From the IMG/VR virus record IMGVR_UViG_3300036803_000072, positions 1-64,000 of that record: a stretch of DNA of 64,000 nucleotides, one strand, 5' to 3'. A program made the translations under genes and the position numbers. Positions 38,026 through 47,507 of the stretch are shown piece after piece; position 1 is the stretch's first letter; each line of letters starts with the position of its first letter. The notes under the pieces are model-generated. The model was not told where the DNA came from. It saw nothing but the letters and a program-made list of their open reading frames with translations, and made no database searches. The DNA comes from a virus (lineage: Duplodnaviria > Caudoviricetes).

Positions 38026-39679
38026 CCTCCAGCTCTAGGACTTTGGTTTGCGCCCCGGCCAGTTGCCCGCCGCCGCGATCGGCTTGCACGAGCGCCCGCT
38101 GGCCACCGGCACTGCCGTCGGCCGGGTCGGCGTTGGGGTCGCCATCGGACGGAATGTCCTGCCCGGAGCCCATGAGATCAGCGGACGGGTCGACCCCGAA
38201 ACCGGGCGGTAGGGAGTTGGGCACCCCGACCCCGCCGGGTAGCGAACCGGCGGCCGGCGGCGCGGGTGGCTGGCCACCCATGGGGGCTTTGCCCGCAGCA
38301 TCGGCGTCCCCATCGTGGGCGGGCTGATCGTCGGCGATGGCCAGGCGACCGGCCGGGATCCACAGCACACGGGAACCGGGAACGTCCCACGGGTCGAGCT
38401 CTTTGACTTCCCGGTACTCATCGATGGTGATGGCGCCACGGTCTAGGTCGGCAGCGGCCCGGTCCTCTCGCGCGCGCTTGTAGCGGCCGAGCACCCACAC
38501 GTCGGATACGTCGTGGGCGAGATAGGAGTCATCATCGAACCCACCGGGGGTGATGACGTCGAGCTGGGCATCGAGTAGCCGGAACAGGGGGAGCATGCCG
38601 TGCTCCCACGCTTTGGCGTAGTCGGCGTCGGCGTTATCGAAGGTCTGGCCTGATGAATCGGAGACGACGGACTCGGGGAGGCCGAACGCGACGCAGATCT
38701 CGCGTTTCGTCCGGTCCATGGTGTCGCCCCACTGGGTGTCCCGTGGGTGGCCGGAGGTGTCGATCCAGGAGACTTCGTCGGCTTCGATGACGACGGTGCG
38801 GGCGCCGGAAACGTCGGGGCCCCCGTTGAAACGGTGCTCCAGCATGTCCGCGTAGGCGTCTTCGATGGGGCCCTTGACGGCGGCGATACCGCCGGGGCGG
38901 CCGTCTTCCATCATGAAACGGCGGTTGTAGAGCCGAGCGTACTTATCGAGGTCCGCGCTCAGCCCGGCGGCCTCCATGGGCGACATGCCGCGCTCGAAGA
39001 TCGTGGGATGGGGGGAGCGCACCCACACGATGCCGCTGGGTTGGTCTTCAGGTGTGGCGTCCGGGTCGAACGGGGGGCGCCATTGCCACATCGGGGAGCC
39101 GTCGGCTACGGCGGTGGTGATGCGAAACGATTCGATGGGGGTGACGACGCCGCGCTCGTTCGGATCACTGGGGTTGATCTTGCGGCGACCGGGCACCGGC
39201 AGTACTCGATCGGGGTCCAAGAGGTACACCGAATGGATGCCGCCACCGCGCGATCGGACGGCTTCGACGAACACGCCCCGGCTCGACAGCATGAACTGGG
39301 CGATCAGCCGGTGCCGGAAGATCTGGGCAACTTCCCATTCGTTGGCGCGCCGATTCAGCCTGCGCAGTAACCGGACCTGGTCGCGACTGAGCTGCCCCGG
39401 CTCAATGATCGGGCCGGTGTCAGGATCCTCCCGGCGCAGCACGATACGTCGAGCCCGTTCGTTGGCCGCGACAAACTCGACGCACCGGAAAATGTAGGGG
39501 TTGAGGGTGTACCCCTCGGTGACCGCACGGTCGGTGTTCCACTCGGTCTGGTAGGGCTGACCGGGAACGATGTAGCCGCGCGGGCCGGACACGATGCGGG
39601 AATCCAGGCCGCCCTGGGACGTAGCGCCGGTGGCGAATCGCTGACGCAGGGCGGGGAACCACTTCGCGCTGCGGGCCAC
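37988..39679 (-). CDS. Portal protein (HK97 family)
   Basis: YIFRCV, VYLLDPDRV, GMSPMEAA, EDGRPGGI, REICVAFGLP, TFDNA, ITIDEYR; GTG 39679 follows GGAGGTG (alternative start 39718). Confidence 0.92.
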   Translation of the reverse strand: MARSAKWFPALRQRFATGATSQGGLDSRIVSGPRGYIVPGQPYQTEWNTDRAVTEGYTLNPYIFRCVEFVAANERARRIVLRREDPDTGPIIEPGQLSRDQVRLLRRLNRRANEWEVAQIFRHRLIAQFMLSSRGVFVEAVRSRGGGIHSVYLLDPDRVLPVPGRRKINPSDPNERGVVTPIESFRITTAVADGSPMWQWRPPFDPDATPEDQPSGIVWVRSPHPTIFERGMSPMEAAGLSADLDKYARLYNRRFMMEDGRPGGIAAVKGPIEDAYADMLEHRFNGGPDVSGARTVVIEADEVSWIDTSGHPRDTQWGDTMDRTKREICVAFGLPESVVSDSSGQTFDNADADYAKAWEHGMLPLFRLLDAQLDVITPGGFDDDSYLAHDVSDVWVLGRYKRAREDRAAADLDRGAITIDEYREVKELDPWDVPGSRVLWIPAGRLAIADDQPAHDGDADAAGKAPMGGQPPAPPAAGSLPGGVGVPNSLPPGFGVDPSADLMGSGQDIPSDGDPNADPADGSAGGQRALVQADRGGGQLAGAQTKVLELEGEQGRARPSGRR

Positions 39680-39739
39680 GCTCACCTCCGTAAAGATCGG
39701 GCGAGCCAATCTAGCCACGGACAGTGTCGTGAAATGGGG

Positions 39740-39772
39740 CGACGCGCCGGGCGGGGGATGCCCGGCGCGTCG
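39740..39772. repeat. 13-bp perfect inverted repeat upstream of the portal gene
   Basis: CGACGCGCCGGGC / GCCCGGCGCGTCG with a 7-nt loop. Confidence 0.55.
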
Positions 39773-39824
39773 AGGGGTGATTGCGGTGGAGCCATCGGCA
39801 GTGGTGTGACCGATACGACCGATC

Positions 39825-40145
39825 TTAGCCCTTACCGTCTAGCGATGCGTCCCAGTAGCCGAGAACGCGGGCGAGGTAGCCGGAAAACACGGCGACGAGC
39901 AGGCCCACCGCCGGTATCCCTCCGAGTGTCCATAGTGACCAGACGGCCACAGCGACGGCGACTACGGTCAGGAGGACCGCCCCCAGTTCTCTAGCTAACG
40001 GGCGAAGACTTCGATCTGTCGGGGCCGCCGCTGGTTGCGGGGTGGGATCGGTCTGGCGACTAACGCGGCCACCATCATCAACAACTCTGGGCGCAGCGGT
40101 AGGTGCACCGTGCCATGCCACGTGGTCAGTCTCAGTACTCCGCAC
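39825..40145 (-). CDS. Small two-TM membrane protein preceding the portal (true start probably downstream)
   Basis: Hydrophobic LGAVLLTVVAVAVAVWSLW...VGLLVAVFSGYL. Confidence 0.5.
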   Translation of the reverse strand: MRSTETDHVAWHGAPTAAPRVVDDGGRVSRQTDPTPQPAAAPTDRSLRPLARELGAVLLTVVAVAVAVWSLWTLGGIPAVGLLVAVFSGYLARVLGYWDASLDGKG

Positions 40146-40255
40146 TTCGCGCCTCTCAAAGCGTGGTGCCTACCTGATCTCGTCGTCTCTCGTGCCACTT
40201 GCTTCCGTGCCCTTCCAGTCGTGTGCCCCCGACGGTCGGACCCGCAACACCGAGA

Positions 40256-40280
40256 AGCCCCAACCTTAGAGGCTGGGGCT
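40256..40280 (-). terminator. Hairpin terminator ending the sigma-factor operon
   Basis: On the minus strand AGCCCCAGCC-TCTAA-GGTTGGGGCT forms a 10-bp stem (one G-U), downstream of 40343. Confidence 0.55.
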
Positions 40281-40342
40281 GCCGGCTAGATTAGCTACGG
40301 GCATCGAGCCAGTGAACCACGCGAGTGCAAGTGCGAACGAGA

Positions 40343-40609
40343 TTACGCGGGGCGCGTCTCGTCGCGGGCCGCAGTCAGCCTCTCGGCGTGGAGCAGTGCG
40401 ACCACCTCGTTGAGGGACTTCTCCACGGCGCGAGCTTGATCAGCCATCTGACGGAGTACGCGGGCGGCGACGGTCAGTGTTTCGGCGTGCTGCGCCAGGG
40501 CCACGGCGGCGTCATCGAGGTCGTTGGCGCGTGCGTACAGCGTGGCCATCTCTCGCAGGGTGCTGACTTGCGCTGCCCGTACGAGGTCGCGCGCGAGGCT
40601 ACTATCCAT
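40343..40609 (-). CDS. Small helical hypothetical protein
   Basis: ATG with GGGAG RBS; coiled-coil character. Confidence 0.55.
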   Translation of the reverse strand: MDSSLARDLVRAAQVSTLREMATLYARANDLDDAAVALAQHAETLTVAARVLRQMADQARAVEKSLNEVVALLHAERLTAARDETRPA

Positions 40610-40759
40610 CCTGGTCTCCCTCTAGTTGTTCCATCAGGGCGTCGCGCTCCGTTTGAAGGGCGCGGCGAGCCTGGTCGGTTTGGGCGTCGGCGTAGTCCAG
40701 CGCCCGTAGGCCGGCTTTGATCTGATCGAGGCGCTGCGGCATGGTCAGCACGGCGGTAC

Positions 40760-41380
40760 TCATCGGATCGCCTCGGGCACTCGCCTACGCATGGCCAGCA
40801 TCGCCCGATGCTGGAGGGCCTTGATGCGGCCGGTGTCGCCGCCCATGATCTCCCGGGTCTCCTCGATGGAAAGATCGCGGAAGTGGCGCAGGATCATCAC
40901 CTCGCGCTGCTGCTCGCTGAGCGTGTCCAGAGCCTCGATCACCTGAGCGACACCTTCTTTTTGGATTGTTCGATGCTCGGGATCGTAGAACGGTTCCGAG
41001 TATTCGTCGTGCACGCCGAGCATGTCCGAGCAGCAGATCTCGTTAACGGTGGACGACTTCTTGAAATAATCGAGCATGATGTTGCGAGCGATGGTGATGA
41101 ACCACGCGCCGACTGTCTTGCCGATGTTGTGCAGGGAATGGATATTTTTCAGTCCCCGCAGGAACGTCTCGGAGGCGAGGTCTTCCACTACCACGTTATC
41201 GTTTTGCATACGGAACCGTAGATAAAGGCGTACTGAGGTGTGGTAGCGGGACCACAGGTCGCCGTACGCGTCCGTGTCGCCGCTCTGCGCCCGGTAGACC
41301 AGCACCCAGGATTCGCGCTCGAAATCGGGGTCGAGCTCTCGCTGGGCGGGCTCGGGCCGGTTAATGGCCGGGGCGCTCAT
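40760..41380 (-). CDS. ECF sigma factor, BldN-like
   Basis: LV.RAQ.GD..AY..L..RY, EDLASETFLRGL, GAWFITIARN...DYFK, QQREV.ILR.F..LS.EET..IMG...G.IKALQHRA. Confidence 0.9.
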   Translation of the reverse strand: MSAPAINRPEPAQRELDPDFERESWVLVYRAQSGDTDAYGDLWSRYHTSVRLYLRFRMQNDNVVVEDLASETFLRGLKNIHSLHNIGKTVGAWFITIARNIMLDYFKKSSTVNEICCSDMLGVHDEYSEPFYDPEHRTIQKEGVAQVIEALDTLSEQQREVMILRHFRDLSIEETREIMGGDTGRIKALQHRAMLAMRRRVPEAIR

Positions 41381-41670
41381 CGGATCGTCCCGGCGGCAAC
41401 CCACTCGCCGGAGTCGCACAGCGCGGGCTGACCGCCGTCGATCTCGCACTGCTCGAAAGCCCGCGCATTGGTGTGGAAGTTGCGGCAGGTGGGGCACCAG
41501 CAGTCGGAGCAGACGTGGTCGCCGTCGTCGGTAAGCCCGTCGTAGCCGCGCGGGTCGCAGGTGGCCAGGCGACCCTCGAAACGGTCACTGATCACTGCCG
41601 TGACGCTGTTGGCGCAGCCGACGCACGGTGCAAGGGAGCACACGAGGCGGTCAGCGGGGATGGTTGACAC
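41377..41670 (-). CDS. Small Cys-rich hypothetical protein
   Basis: GAGGAGG RBS; CVGC, CSDC and CPTC motifs; coupled to the sigma gene. Confidence 0.55.
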   Translation of the reverse strand: MSTIPADRLVCSLAPCVGCANSVTAVISDRFEGRLATCDPRGYDGLTDDGDHVCSDCWCPTCRNFHTNARAFEQCEIDGGQPALCDSGEWVAAGTIR

Positions 41671-41765
41671 AGGAGCCTCCTCTAGGAGATCGACCGGAAC
41701 GCTGTCCACCGTACCACACTCCTCATGGCTGTCCAGCTATCCGTACAGGTTGTACGCTGCCGGTC

Positions 41766-42014
41766 ATGGCAATCACTGTGACCCGTTCATGGACCGACGA
41801 TCTGCAAGACGCGCGAGAGCGCATGAGAGAGGCGCGCAAAGCCCTAGAGGATTTGTCCGCTCACCTGGATGCACTAGCGGGGAACCCGACGCGAGGGCAC
41901 GCCTACCAGGTCTCCCGCACCGCGATCCTCGCAAAGACCCTGGTTAAGGAGACCTGCGAACACGGGCATCGGGCCGTCGCCGACTACCTGGGAAACCCCG
42001 CCAACCACGACTAG
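41766..42014 (+). CDS. Small helical hypothetical protein
   Basis: ATG 41766, divergent from the sigma operon. Confidence 0.5.
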   Translation: MAITVTRSWTDDLQDARERMREARKALEDLSAHLDALAGNPTRGHAYQVSRTAILAKTLVKETCEHGHRAVADYLGNPANHD

Positions 42015-42141
42015 GCTGCCCGCGTGGATGGGACCTGCCCGCGCTGTCATCGCCCGCGCTACGTGGTGTGTTCGCCCTACGTTGGCGCGATGGGCTGGTG
42101 CCCCTGCCGTCCAGACGGAGCGCAGCTATGGCCGGAGCTAG

Positions 42142-42975
42142 TCAGAGCTCAGTCTCATACAGCAACGAATAAGACGCGGCCTCGACCACGGTGACAGAGA
42201 ACTCCACCGCCCGCTGCCCGGCATAGAACACCCGCTCCACCTCCAGAACGCCGCTGGTGGTCTCAATACCCAGCGCGCGGCGCTCTAGCGGAGTCGGCGC
42301 CCGCCAACGGGCCTCCTCCCGCACGCGGGTGACCTCTTGCCCGATGCTGTAGAGCTCGGCGATAGTCCCACCGGGCCACGGCTGGCGCTTCGGATCAGCC
42401 ACCGGAGTGTTCTCCACCAGCGGTAGCGGGATCACCGAAGTCTGTAGCTGCACCGTCACGCCATGCACACGCTTGACCAGCTGCCTGCGCAGCACCCACC
42501 AACTGGTACCCGTCGTCGGCCCCAGTTCGAGCCGGTTCGCTTCCTTCGGCGAGGCGAGAACCTCCTCATACGCGGTGCCCACCCCGTAGGCCGACCAGTC
42601 GACACCGTGATCCTCGGTGAATGCCGAGGAGTCCGGATGTACACCGCCGTTGGCCCGGATCTTCTCCAGGGCCTCGGCGTAGCGGCTCGTGGTCATCCGA
42701 CGCACCTGCCGTTGCGCGGCTACTCGCGCGGGACGCCCGGTGCGCTTAACGAGTAGGCCTTCAGCGACCAGGGTGGACAGCGCGTGGCGCACGGTGTTGC
42801 GGTGCAGCCCGGATGCCTCAGCGAGATCAGCCTCGGCCGGTAGCGCCTCGTGCGGACCCAGGTCGCCGGACGCGATGGCGTCCCGCAGCACCGTCGCGAG
42901 CTGCTGATACAGCGCCCCGCCGGTTTCGTCGTACGGGTTTACCCGCGCCCGCACTGTCTCTAGGTCCAATGGCAC
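42142..42975 (-). CDS. GntR/HutC-family repressor with UTRA domain (KorSA/TraR-like)
   Basis: YQQLA..LR..I..G...P...LPAE..L....G..R.TVR.AL..L..EGL, plus C-terminal UTRA; leaderless (TATGAT 6 nt before GTG). Confidence 0.9.
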   Translation of the reverse strand: MPLDLETVRARVNPYDETGGALYQQLATVLRDAIASGDLGPHEALPAEADLAEASGLHRNTVRHALSTLVAEGLLVKRTGRPARVAAQRQVRRMTTSRYAEALEKIRANGGVHPDSSAFTEDHGVDWSAYGVGTAYEEVLASPKEANRLELGPTTGTSWWVLRRQLVKRVHGVTVQLQTSVIPLPLVENTPVADPKRQPWPGGTIAELYSIGQEVTRVREEARWRAPTPLERRALGIETTSGVLEVERVFYAGQRAVEFSVTVVEAASYSLLYETEL

Positions 42976-43016
42976 GGGTGCATCATAGCGCAGCTGTGCA
43001 GCTATCCACCTATACC

Positions 43017-43030
43017 GCTGTACGTACAGC
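43017..43030. promoter_or_regulatory. Putative GntR operator
   Basis: Perfect 14-bp palindrome GCTGTACGTACAGC (TGTA-N2-TACA core, HutC-type) between the divergent repressor and tra genes. Confidence 0.7.
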
Positions 43031-43120
43031 AGGGTGTACTCTGATCAAACCGCGCCTGCCGGGCGGGTGAACTGGCTTCCGCGCCTGGCAGGCGCCACCA
43101 ACGAGAGAGAGGAGACGCCG

Positions 43121-44017
43121 ATGGGCGCGCATCAGTCCGTCAGCCACGCGACTGATGCGCGCCTACTCGATCGTTGGACCCGCACCGGTGTCGCCGTCGC
43201 GGTCGCTCCCCTGTTGCCGTGGGGCGCGGTGCACGTCTTCCTACTCGCCGCCGCGTGCGGCATCCCCTCGTGGGTGGCTTGGATTCCCGCTCTGTCGACC
43301 ACGGGCGTGATGATCGCCTCGACCCGGCTGGCGCTCCAGCACAAGCTCGACCGCCACACCCGCGCGCTGGCCAAATACCTCTCCTGGTTCGCGATCACCC
43401 TCGACGCCCTGGTGTCGGGCATCTACCACGTGCTGCCCGTCCACCTCACGCCGAGCGCAGTCGTGATCTTCACCGTCGCCATCCTCCCCGCGATCATGGG
43501 CGGACTGCTGTGGCACATCCGGTCACTAGCCGGGGCGCAGGAATCCCGCGCAGCCGCCGAGGCAGCAGAGGCGGCCATCGCTGCGCAGACCGCTACGGCC
43601 GAGCTCGATGCGCAACGTCAAGCCCTCGCCCTCCAGGCCAGCGCCGACGAACAGCGCCGTCTCGACGAACTCAATCACGCGCAACAGATCGCAGACATCC
43701 GCAAGCAAGCGGCGCACGCCGCCGAACGTGAGCAGGCCGCCCGCAAGCGAGTCGCCGACGCGGTCACCGCGCCGAGCAAGCCACACCTCGTGCCCGACCC
43801 TCCGGCCGGGCCGGTGGACGCGCTGGGGCGCCCGGCGAAGGCGTCTCCGAAGCGGGACAAGGCCCTGCGCTACCTGATTGCCCAGGCAGGACGCCTCGAC
43901 GAGGTCACCGCCGCTGAGGTCGATCGACACATCGAGTCCAAGGGCTACGCCCGTAAGTACCTGACCGAATGGAAGGCCGGCGTGCGGACGCACGTCACGA
44001 ACAAGGGTGCCGCGTGA
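43121..44017 (+). CDS. Spd-like membrane spread protein (DUF2637-like)
   Basis: Four N-terminal TM helices, coiled coil and a C-terminal helical domain; AGGAG RBS; first gene of the tra operon. Confidence 0.6.
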   Translation: MGAHQSVSHATDARLLDRWTRTGVAVAVAPLLPWGAVHVFLLAAACGIPSWVAWIPALSTTGVMIASTRLALQHKLDRHTRALAKYLSWFAITLDALVSGIYHVLPVHLTPSAVVIFTVAILPAIMGGLLWHIRSLAGAQESRAAAEAAEAAIAAQTATAELDAQRQALALQASADEQRRLDELNHAQQIADIRKQAAHAAEREQAARKRVADAVTAPSKPHLVPDPPAGPVDALGRPAKASPKRDKALRYLIAQAGRLDEVTAAEVDRHIESKGYARKYLTEWKAGVRTHVTNKGAA

Positions 44018-45162
44018 TGGCCACAAAGACAGATACCTCACTGGAGAAGGCCCTAGCTGCCGCGCTGAAGGCGGCCGGGGTCAAGTCCACCGGAAGCAAG
44101 ACCAAGCGCAAGCCGTTCGGCAAGGGCCGGGTAGGGCGACTGTGGCGCAAAGAGCGGGAGGGCTGGAAGGAACGCAAGGCGGCCCGCAAAGGCAACCGCG
44201 AACCGAAGATCAAGACGCGTCGGGCGCGGTTCGCCGAACGTTTCAAGGCCCGCGTCGAACGCCTGCGGTACGGCAGCGCGCACTGCGGCAACTGCGGGGC
44301 CCGCATGTCCGGCAAAGACGCCGCCGGGCACGCCTGCGGGGGCAAGTCCAGCCCCGAGAAGTTCACCAAGATGAAGGCCCAGCTGCGTGACGTCGCCCGC
44401 AAGGAAGTCAAGCGCCAGGGCACCAACCGAGAGGCGAGGCGCGACCACCGCCAGGCCCGCAAAGACACCATGACCCGACCGGCACGGGTCGCGGACACGG
44501 TGATCCGACGTACCGCGCTGGTCGCCGGTTTCGCGGGCCGGTGCACCGAGTGCAACTCGATCATCCGCAACCACGAGGCGACCACCCACAAATGCTGGTC
44601 GGCCGAGCGCACGGCGGGCACCGACAGCCGGGCTGACAACACCACCCAGCCGGGCGGCAAGAGGCTCGGCACCGACAACGCAACCCAGCCCAACCCGGCT
44701 CCGGCAACCAGCAACGGCGCGACACCACCGGCGACACAACCCAACAGGAAGGCAGGACCAGCTATGACCAGTCCCAACGGCAAGGGTGGTGGCGGTGGCC
44801 CGTCCGGGCACGCCCAGGCCATCGCCCAGGCCATGCACAACTGGGCGCAGAACGTGCCCGGTACGCACTCCGAGATGGAAGCCGACATGCGCTCCATGCA
44901 GTGGCTGTTCGCCTCGGCCATGCCCTCCGCCATTCAGGCACGCGGGCAGGCGATGCTCGCGAAGCAGTTCCACCCGGAGTGCATCCGTCCCCTGATCGGG
45001 GTGGAAACCAACTGCGCCCAGGCCGGCGCCGGCTTCATGGAGTGCTACATGGCGATCACCACCATGTACAAGGCGCTGCTGGAGCACTACGCGGCCGGAA
45101 CCCCCGACCCCGGCCGCACCTACCTGTCCGACGGCCGTGTCCCGGCCGGCGCGACCGCGTAA
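44017..45162 (+). CDS. TraA-like accessory transfer protein
   Basis: TGATG coupling; basic N-terminus, two CxxC...H.C zinc motifs, helical C-terminus; lies just before traB. Confidence 0.5.
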   Translation: MATKTDTSLEKALAAALKAAGVKSTGSKTKRKPFGKGRVGRLWRKEREGWKERKAARKGNREPKIKTRRARFAERFKARVERLRYGSAHCGNCGARMSGKDAAGHACGGKSSPEKFTKMKAQLRDVARKEVKRQGTNREARRDHRQARKDTMTRPARVADTVIRRTALVAGFAGRCTECNSIIRNHEATTHKCWSAERTAGTDSRADNTTQPGGKRLGTDNATQPNPAPATSNGATPPATQPNRKAGPAMTSPNGKGGGGGPSGHAQAIAQAMHNWAQNVPGTHSEMEADMRSMQWLFASAMPSAIQARGQAMLAKQFHPECIRPLIGVETNCAQAGAGFMECYMAITTMYKALLEHYAAGTPDPGRTYLSDGRVPAGATA

Positions 45163-45183
45163 GAAAGGAAAGGCAAGACCACC

Positions 45184-47313
45184 ATGACTAAGCGCGTCGG
45201 TCACGCCCCGGCGATCACCTCGGAGCAGAGCTGGGGTGATTGGTATAACGCCAATCGTCTCCTGCTCAACCCGCTCGTTACGGGGACGGTCGTCGGGCTG
45301 GCCGGCGTGGTCAACGCGCTGATCCTGCCGTTGTGGCCGCACACCGTCCTGTGGGTGGGGATCGGGCTACTCGTCGCCCTGTTCACGACGGTGAATCTGA
45401 AGGACCGGGGGCAGCGCGCGTTCTATCGGGCGTTCTTTGTGGCTACCGCCGCATGGTTTTTCGCGCTCGAAACGTCACTAGCGGCCAACCACTGGCGGGC
45501 GTTCGTTGTGGGCTGGTTGTGCGCCACCCTGGTCGGCTGCGGCGGGTATTGGACCGACCAGCGGGTGCGCTCAAAGATCCGACTGTCGGATGATGAGGCG
45601 GCATGGCCGGACCTGGCGGCGAGCATCGGCATCCCGAAAGCATGGATCACTCCGAAGAAAACGACCGAGTCGGGCTACTCCCGGCGTTTGTCGTGGCCCC
45701 GGGGTACCTACCAGATCTCGCGCATCAAGGGCCTCTCCGAGGCACTGGAGAACGCGCTCGGTATCCCGCACGGGCAGATGCGTCTCATGCCGGTGAAGGA
45801 CAAAGACGAGAATATCGACTCGGGCTCCATCGATATTGTGGTGAACACCAACGCCGCATCCCGTAAGGCACCGGTGCCGTTCACCGTGCCCACCATGCGC
45901 CACATCACCGACCCGATGAACGTCGGCCCCTATGAGGACGGCGAGGACTGTGAGGTCTGCTGGTACACAAAGGGCTACGGCGGTATTCACACTCTGGCGG
46001 CCGGCATCACCCGCTCCGGCAAGTCCGGCCTGTATCACCTGATGCTCGCCGAAACTGCGGCGTGCACGGATGTGGTGCGTCTCGGTATCGACGCTAAAGG
46101 CGGCATGGCGCTGCGCCCGTGGGCGCCGATGTTCGAGTGGCTGGTCTGTGGCCGCAACTCCAAGGCTCAAGAGGAGCAGGCGGCGATGCTGGAATGGCTC
46201 GACGCCGAAATGATGGAGCGAGAGACCTACGCGGCCGAGAAAGGCTGGGACGTGTGGCGGGTGTCCAGGAAACACCCGTTGATCATCCTCTATATCGATG
46301 AGGTCAAAGAAGTCCTCGGCATGAAGCTGGAGAACTTCACCGCCCTAGAACTGGTGGGGAAGATCGGCACGATGGGTACCGGTGTCGGTGTCCTGTTGTG
46401 CCTAGCCACCCAGCACCCAACGTTGGAGGCGTTGGCGTCGAGCCAGATCCAGGCCAACATCGGTCGGCGGTTCTGTTTCCGGGTAGAGCGGGTGGCACAC
46501 CAGTACGTGATCCTGCCTAAGGGCACCGACATTGACGCCACGTTCCCGGACAAGCCGTCAGGCGATAAGGGCGCGGGGCACTGCTTCCTCAATGACGGCG
46601 GTTCGATGAAGCCGATGTCACTGCGTGTTCGCCACGTCAACCGGGGCAAGATCCGGGGCATCGTGGAGGAGTACTGGGAGTCGAAGTGCCCGATGCGGCC
46701 ACTGAACACGAAGGTGCGGGTAGACGCGTGGGATGACCGCAAGCGTTGGACGCTAGCGGATCTGCCCCGGCCGGAAGACGAGGACGCGGATGAGATCTGG
46801 GAGGACGAGGGGCCCGAGATCGTGCCCGAGGATGACGACGTGCCGGGCACGGCGGGACTGTTCGATGAGACTGTGACCGTGACTCAACCGGGTCCGGGAA
46901 AGGTGACTGAGACCGTGACTGTGGACGGGAATGAGAGGGTGACTGAGATGGTGACTGAGACGAACGAGCAGGTACCGGCGGGTGTGGATATCGACTTCGA
47001 GACGCTGCTGACGCCGCGCACACCGGAGGACGCGAGGATCCTGGCGAAGGCCCAGGCCGACTTCGCGGAGGAGATGGCGGAGTGGCCGACGGAGAAGGCA
47101 CGGACCGAGTTCTGGCGCGTGTTCGGTTTGGCGGGCTCGGACGGGATCCGGGTGGGCAAGCTCGCGGAACTGTGCCACCGGTCCACGTCGTGGGCCAGTG
47201 AGGAGCTGCGGGTGGCTCGTGAGGCGGGCCTGTTGGTGCCGGCAGCGACGAAGGGCTACTACCGGATCGCCCCCGGTGCGGAGATTCCCACCGCCCGCGC
47301 TCACGCTGAGTAG
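45184..47313 (+). CDS. traB: TraB, FtsK/SpoIIIE-family conjugative DNA translocase
   Basis: N-terminal TM helices, Walker A GITRSGKS, Walker B ILYIDE, LATQHP, C-terminal winged helix; AAGGAAAGG RBS. Confidence 0.88.
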   Translation: MTKRVGHAPAITSEQSWGDWYNANRLLLNPLVTGTVVGLAGVVNALILPLWPHTVLWVGIGLLVALFTTVNLKDRGQRAFYRAFFVATAAWFFALETSLAANHWRAFVVGWLCATLVGCGGYWTDQRVRSKIRLSDDEAAWPDLAASIGIPKAWITPKKTTESGYSRRLSWPRGTYQISRIKGLSEALENALGIPHGQMRLMPVKDKDENIDSGSIDIVVNTNAASRKAPVPFTVPTMRHITDPMNVGPYEDGEDCEVCWYTKGYGGIHTLAAGITRSGKSGLYHLMLAETAACTDVVRLGIDAKGGMALRPWAPMFEWLVCGRNSKAQEEQAAMLEWLDAEMMERETYAAEKGWDVWRVSRKHPLIILYIDEVKEVLGMKLENFTALELVGKIGTMGTGVGVLLCLATQHPTLEALASSQIQANIGRRFCFRVERVAHQYVILPKGTDIDATFPDKPSGDKGAGHCFLNDGGSMKPMSLRVRHVNRGKIRGIVEEYWESKCPMRPLNTKVRVDAWDDRKRWTLADLPRPEDEDADEIWEDEGPEIVPEDDDVPGTAGLFDETVTVTQPGPGKVTETVTVDGNERVTEMVTETNEQVPAGVDIDFETLLTPRTPEDARILAKAQADFAEEMAEWPTEKARTEFWRVFGLAGSDGIRVGKLAELCHRSTSWASEELRVAREAGLLVPAATKGYYRIAPGAEIPTARAHAE
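46867..46960 (+). repeat. GTGACTGAGA-type repeats inside traB
   Basis: GGTGACTGAGA at 46902, 46938 and 46950, plus GTGAC variants; encodes a VTET/ETVT linker. Confidence 0.7.
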
Positions 47314-47322
47314 TGGTGCCTA

Positions 47323-47474
47323 CTGGCGAGTCGAACTCGCCAGTGGACGCCAGACCTCGCCAGTCGGGCACCCCGCGCAGCTCCCACCTTAGGGATACTT
47401 CGCGGGGTGCCCAGAGGTCGCCAGGAGGCACCAGACCTCACCAACCCTCACCAGAGGTCGCCAGGAGGCACCAG
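47323..47474 (+). repeat. clt-like array: ten 8-bp repeats with 10-bp period, plus inverted repeats
   Basis: CCAG cores at 47340, 47350, 47360 and 47411-47471 in steps of 10 (one CCAA); inverted copy at 47323-30; 12-bp IR 47366-77/47401-12. Confidence 0.8.
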
Positions 47475-47507
47475 CGACCCGCTACCCACTGAGACGAGTG
47501 GTTACAG

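Noticed and set aside
39720-42140. Terminase upstream of the portal
   Set aside because: No ORF with terminase Walker A or nuclease motifs; TraB's ATPase has TM helices and FtsK motifs and is not a packaging motor.
47323-47474. CRISPR array
   Set aside because: The period is 10 bp with no unique spacers, and no cas genes are present.
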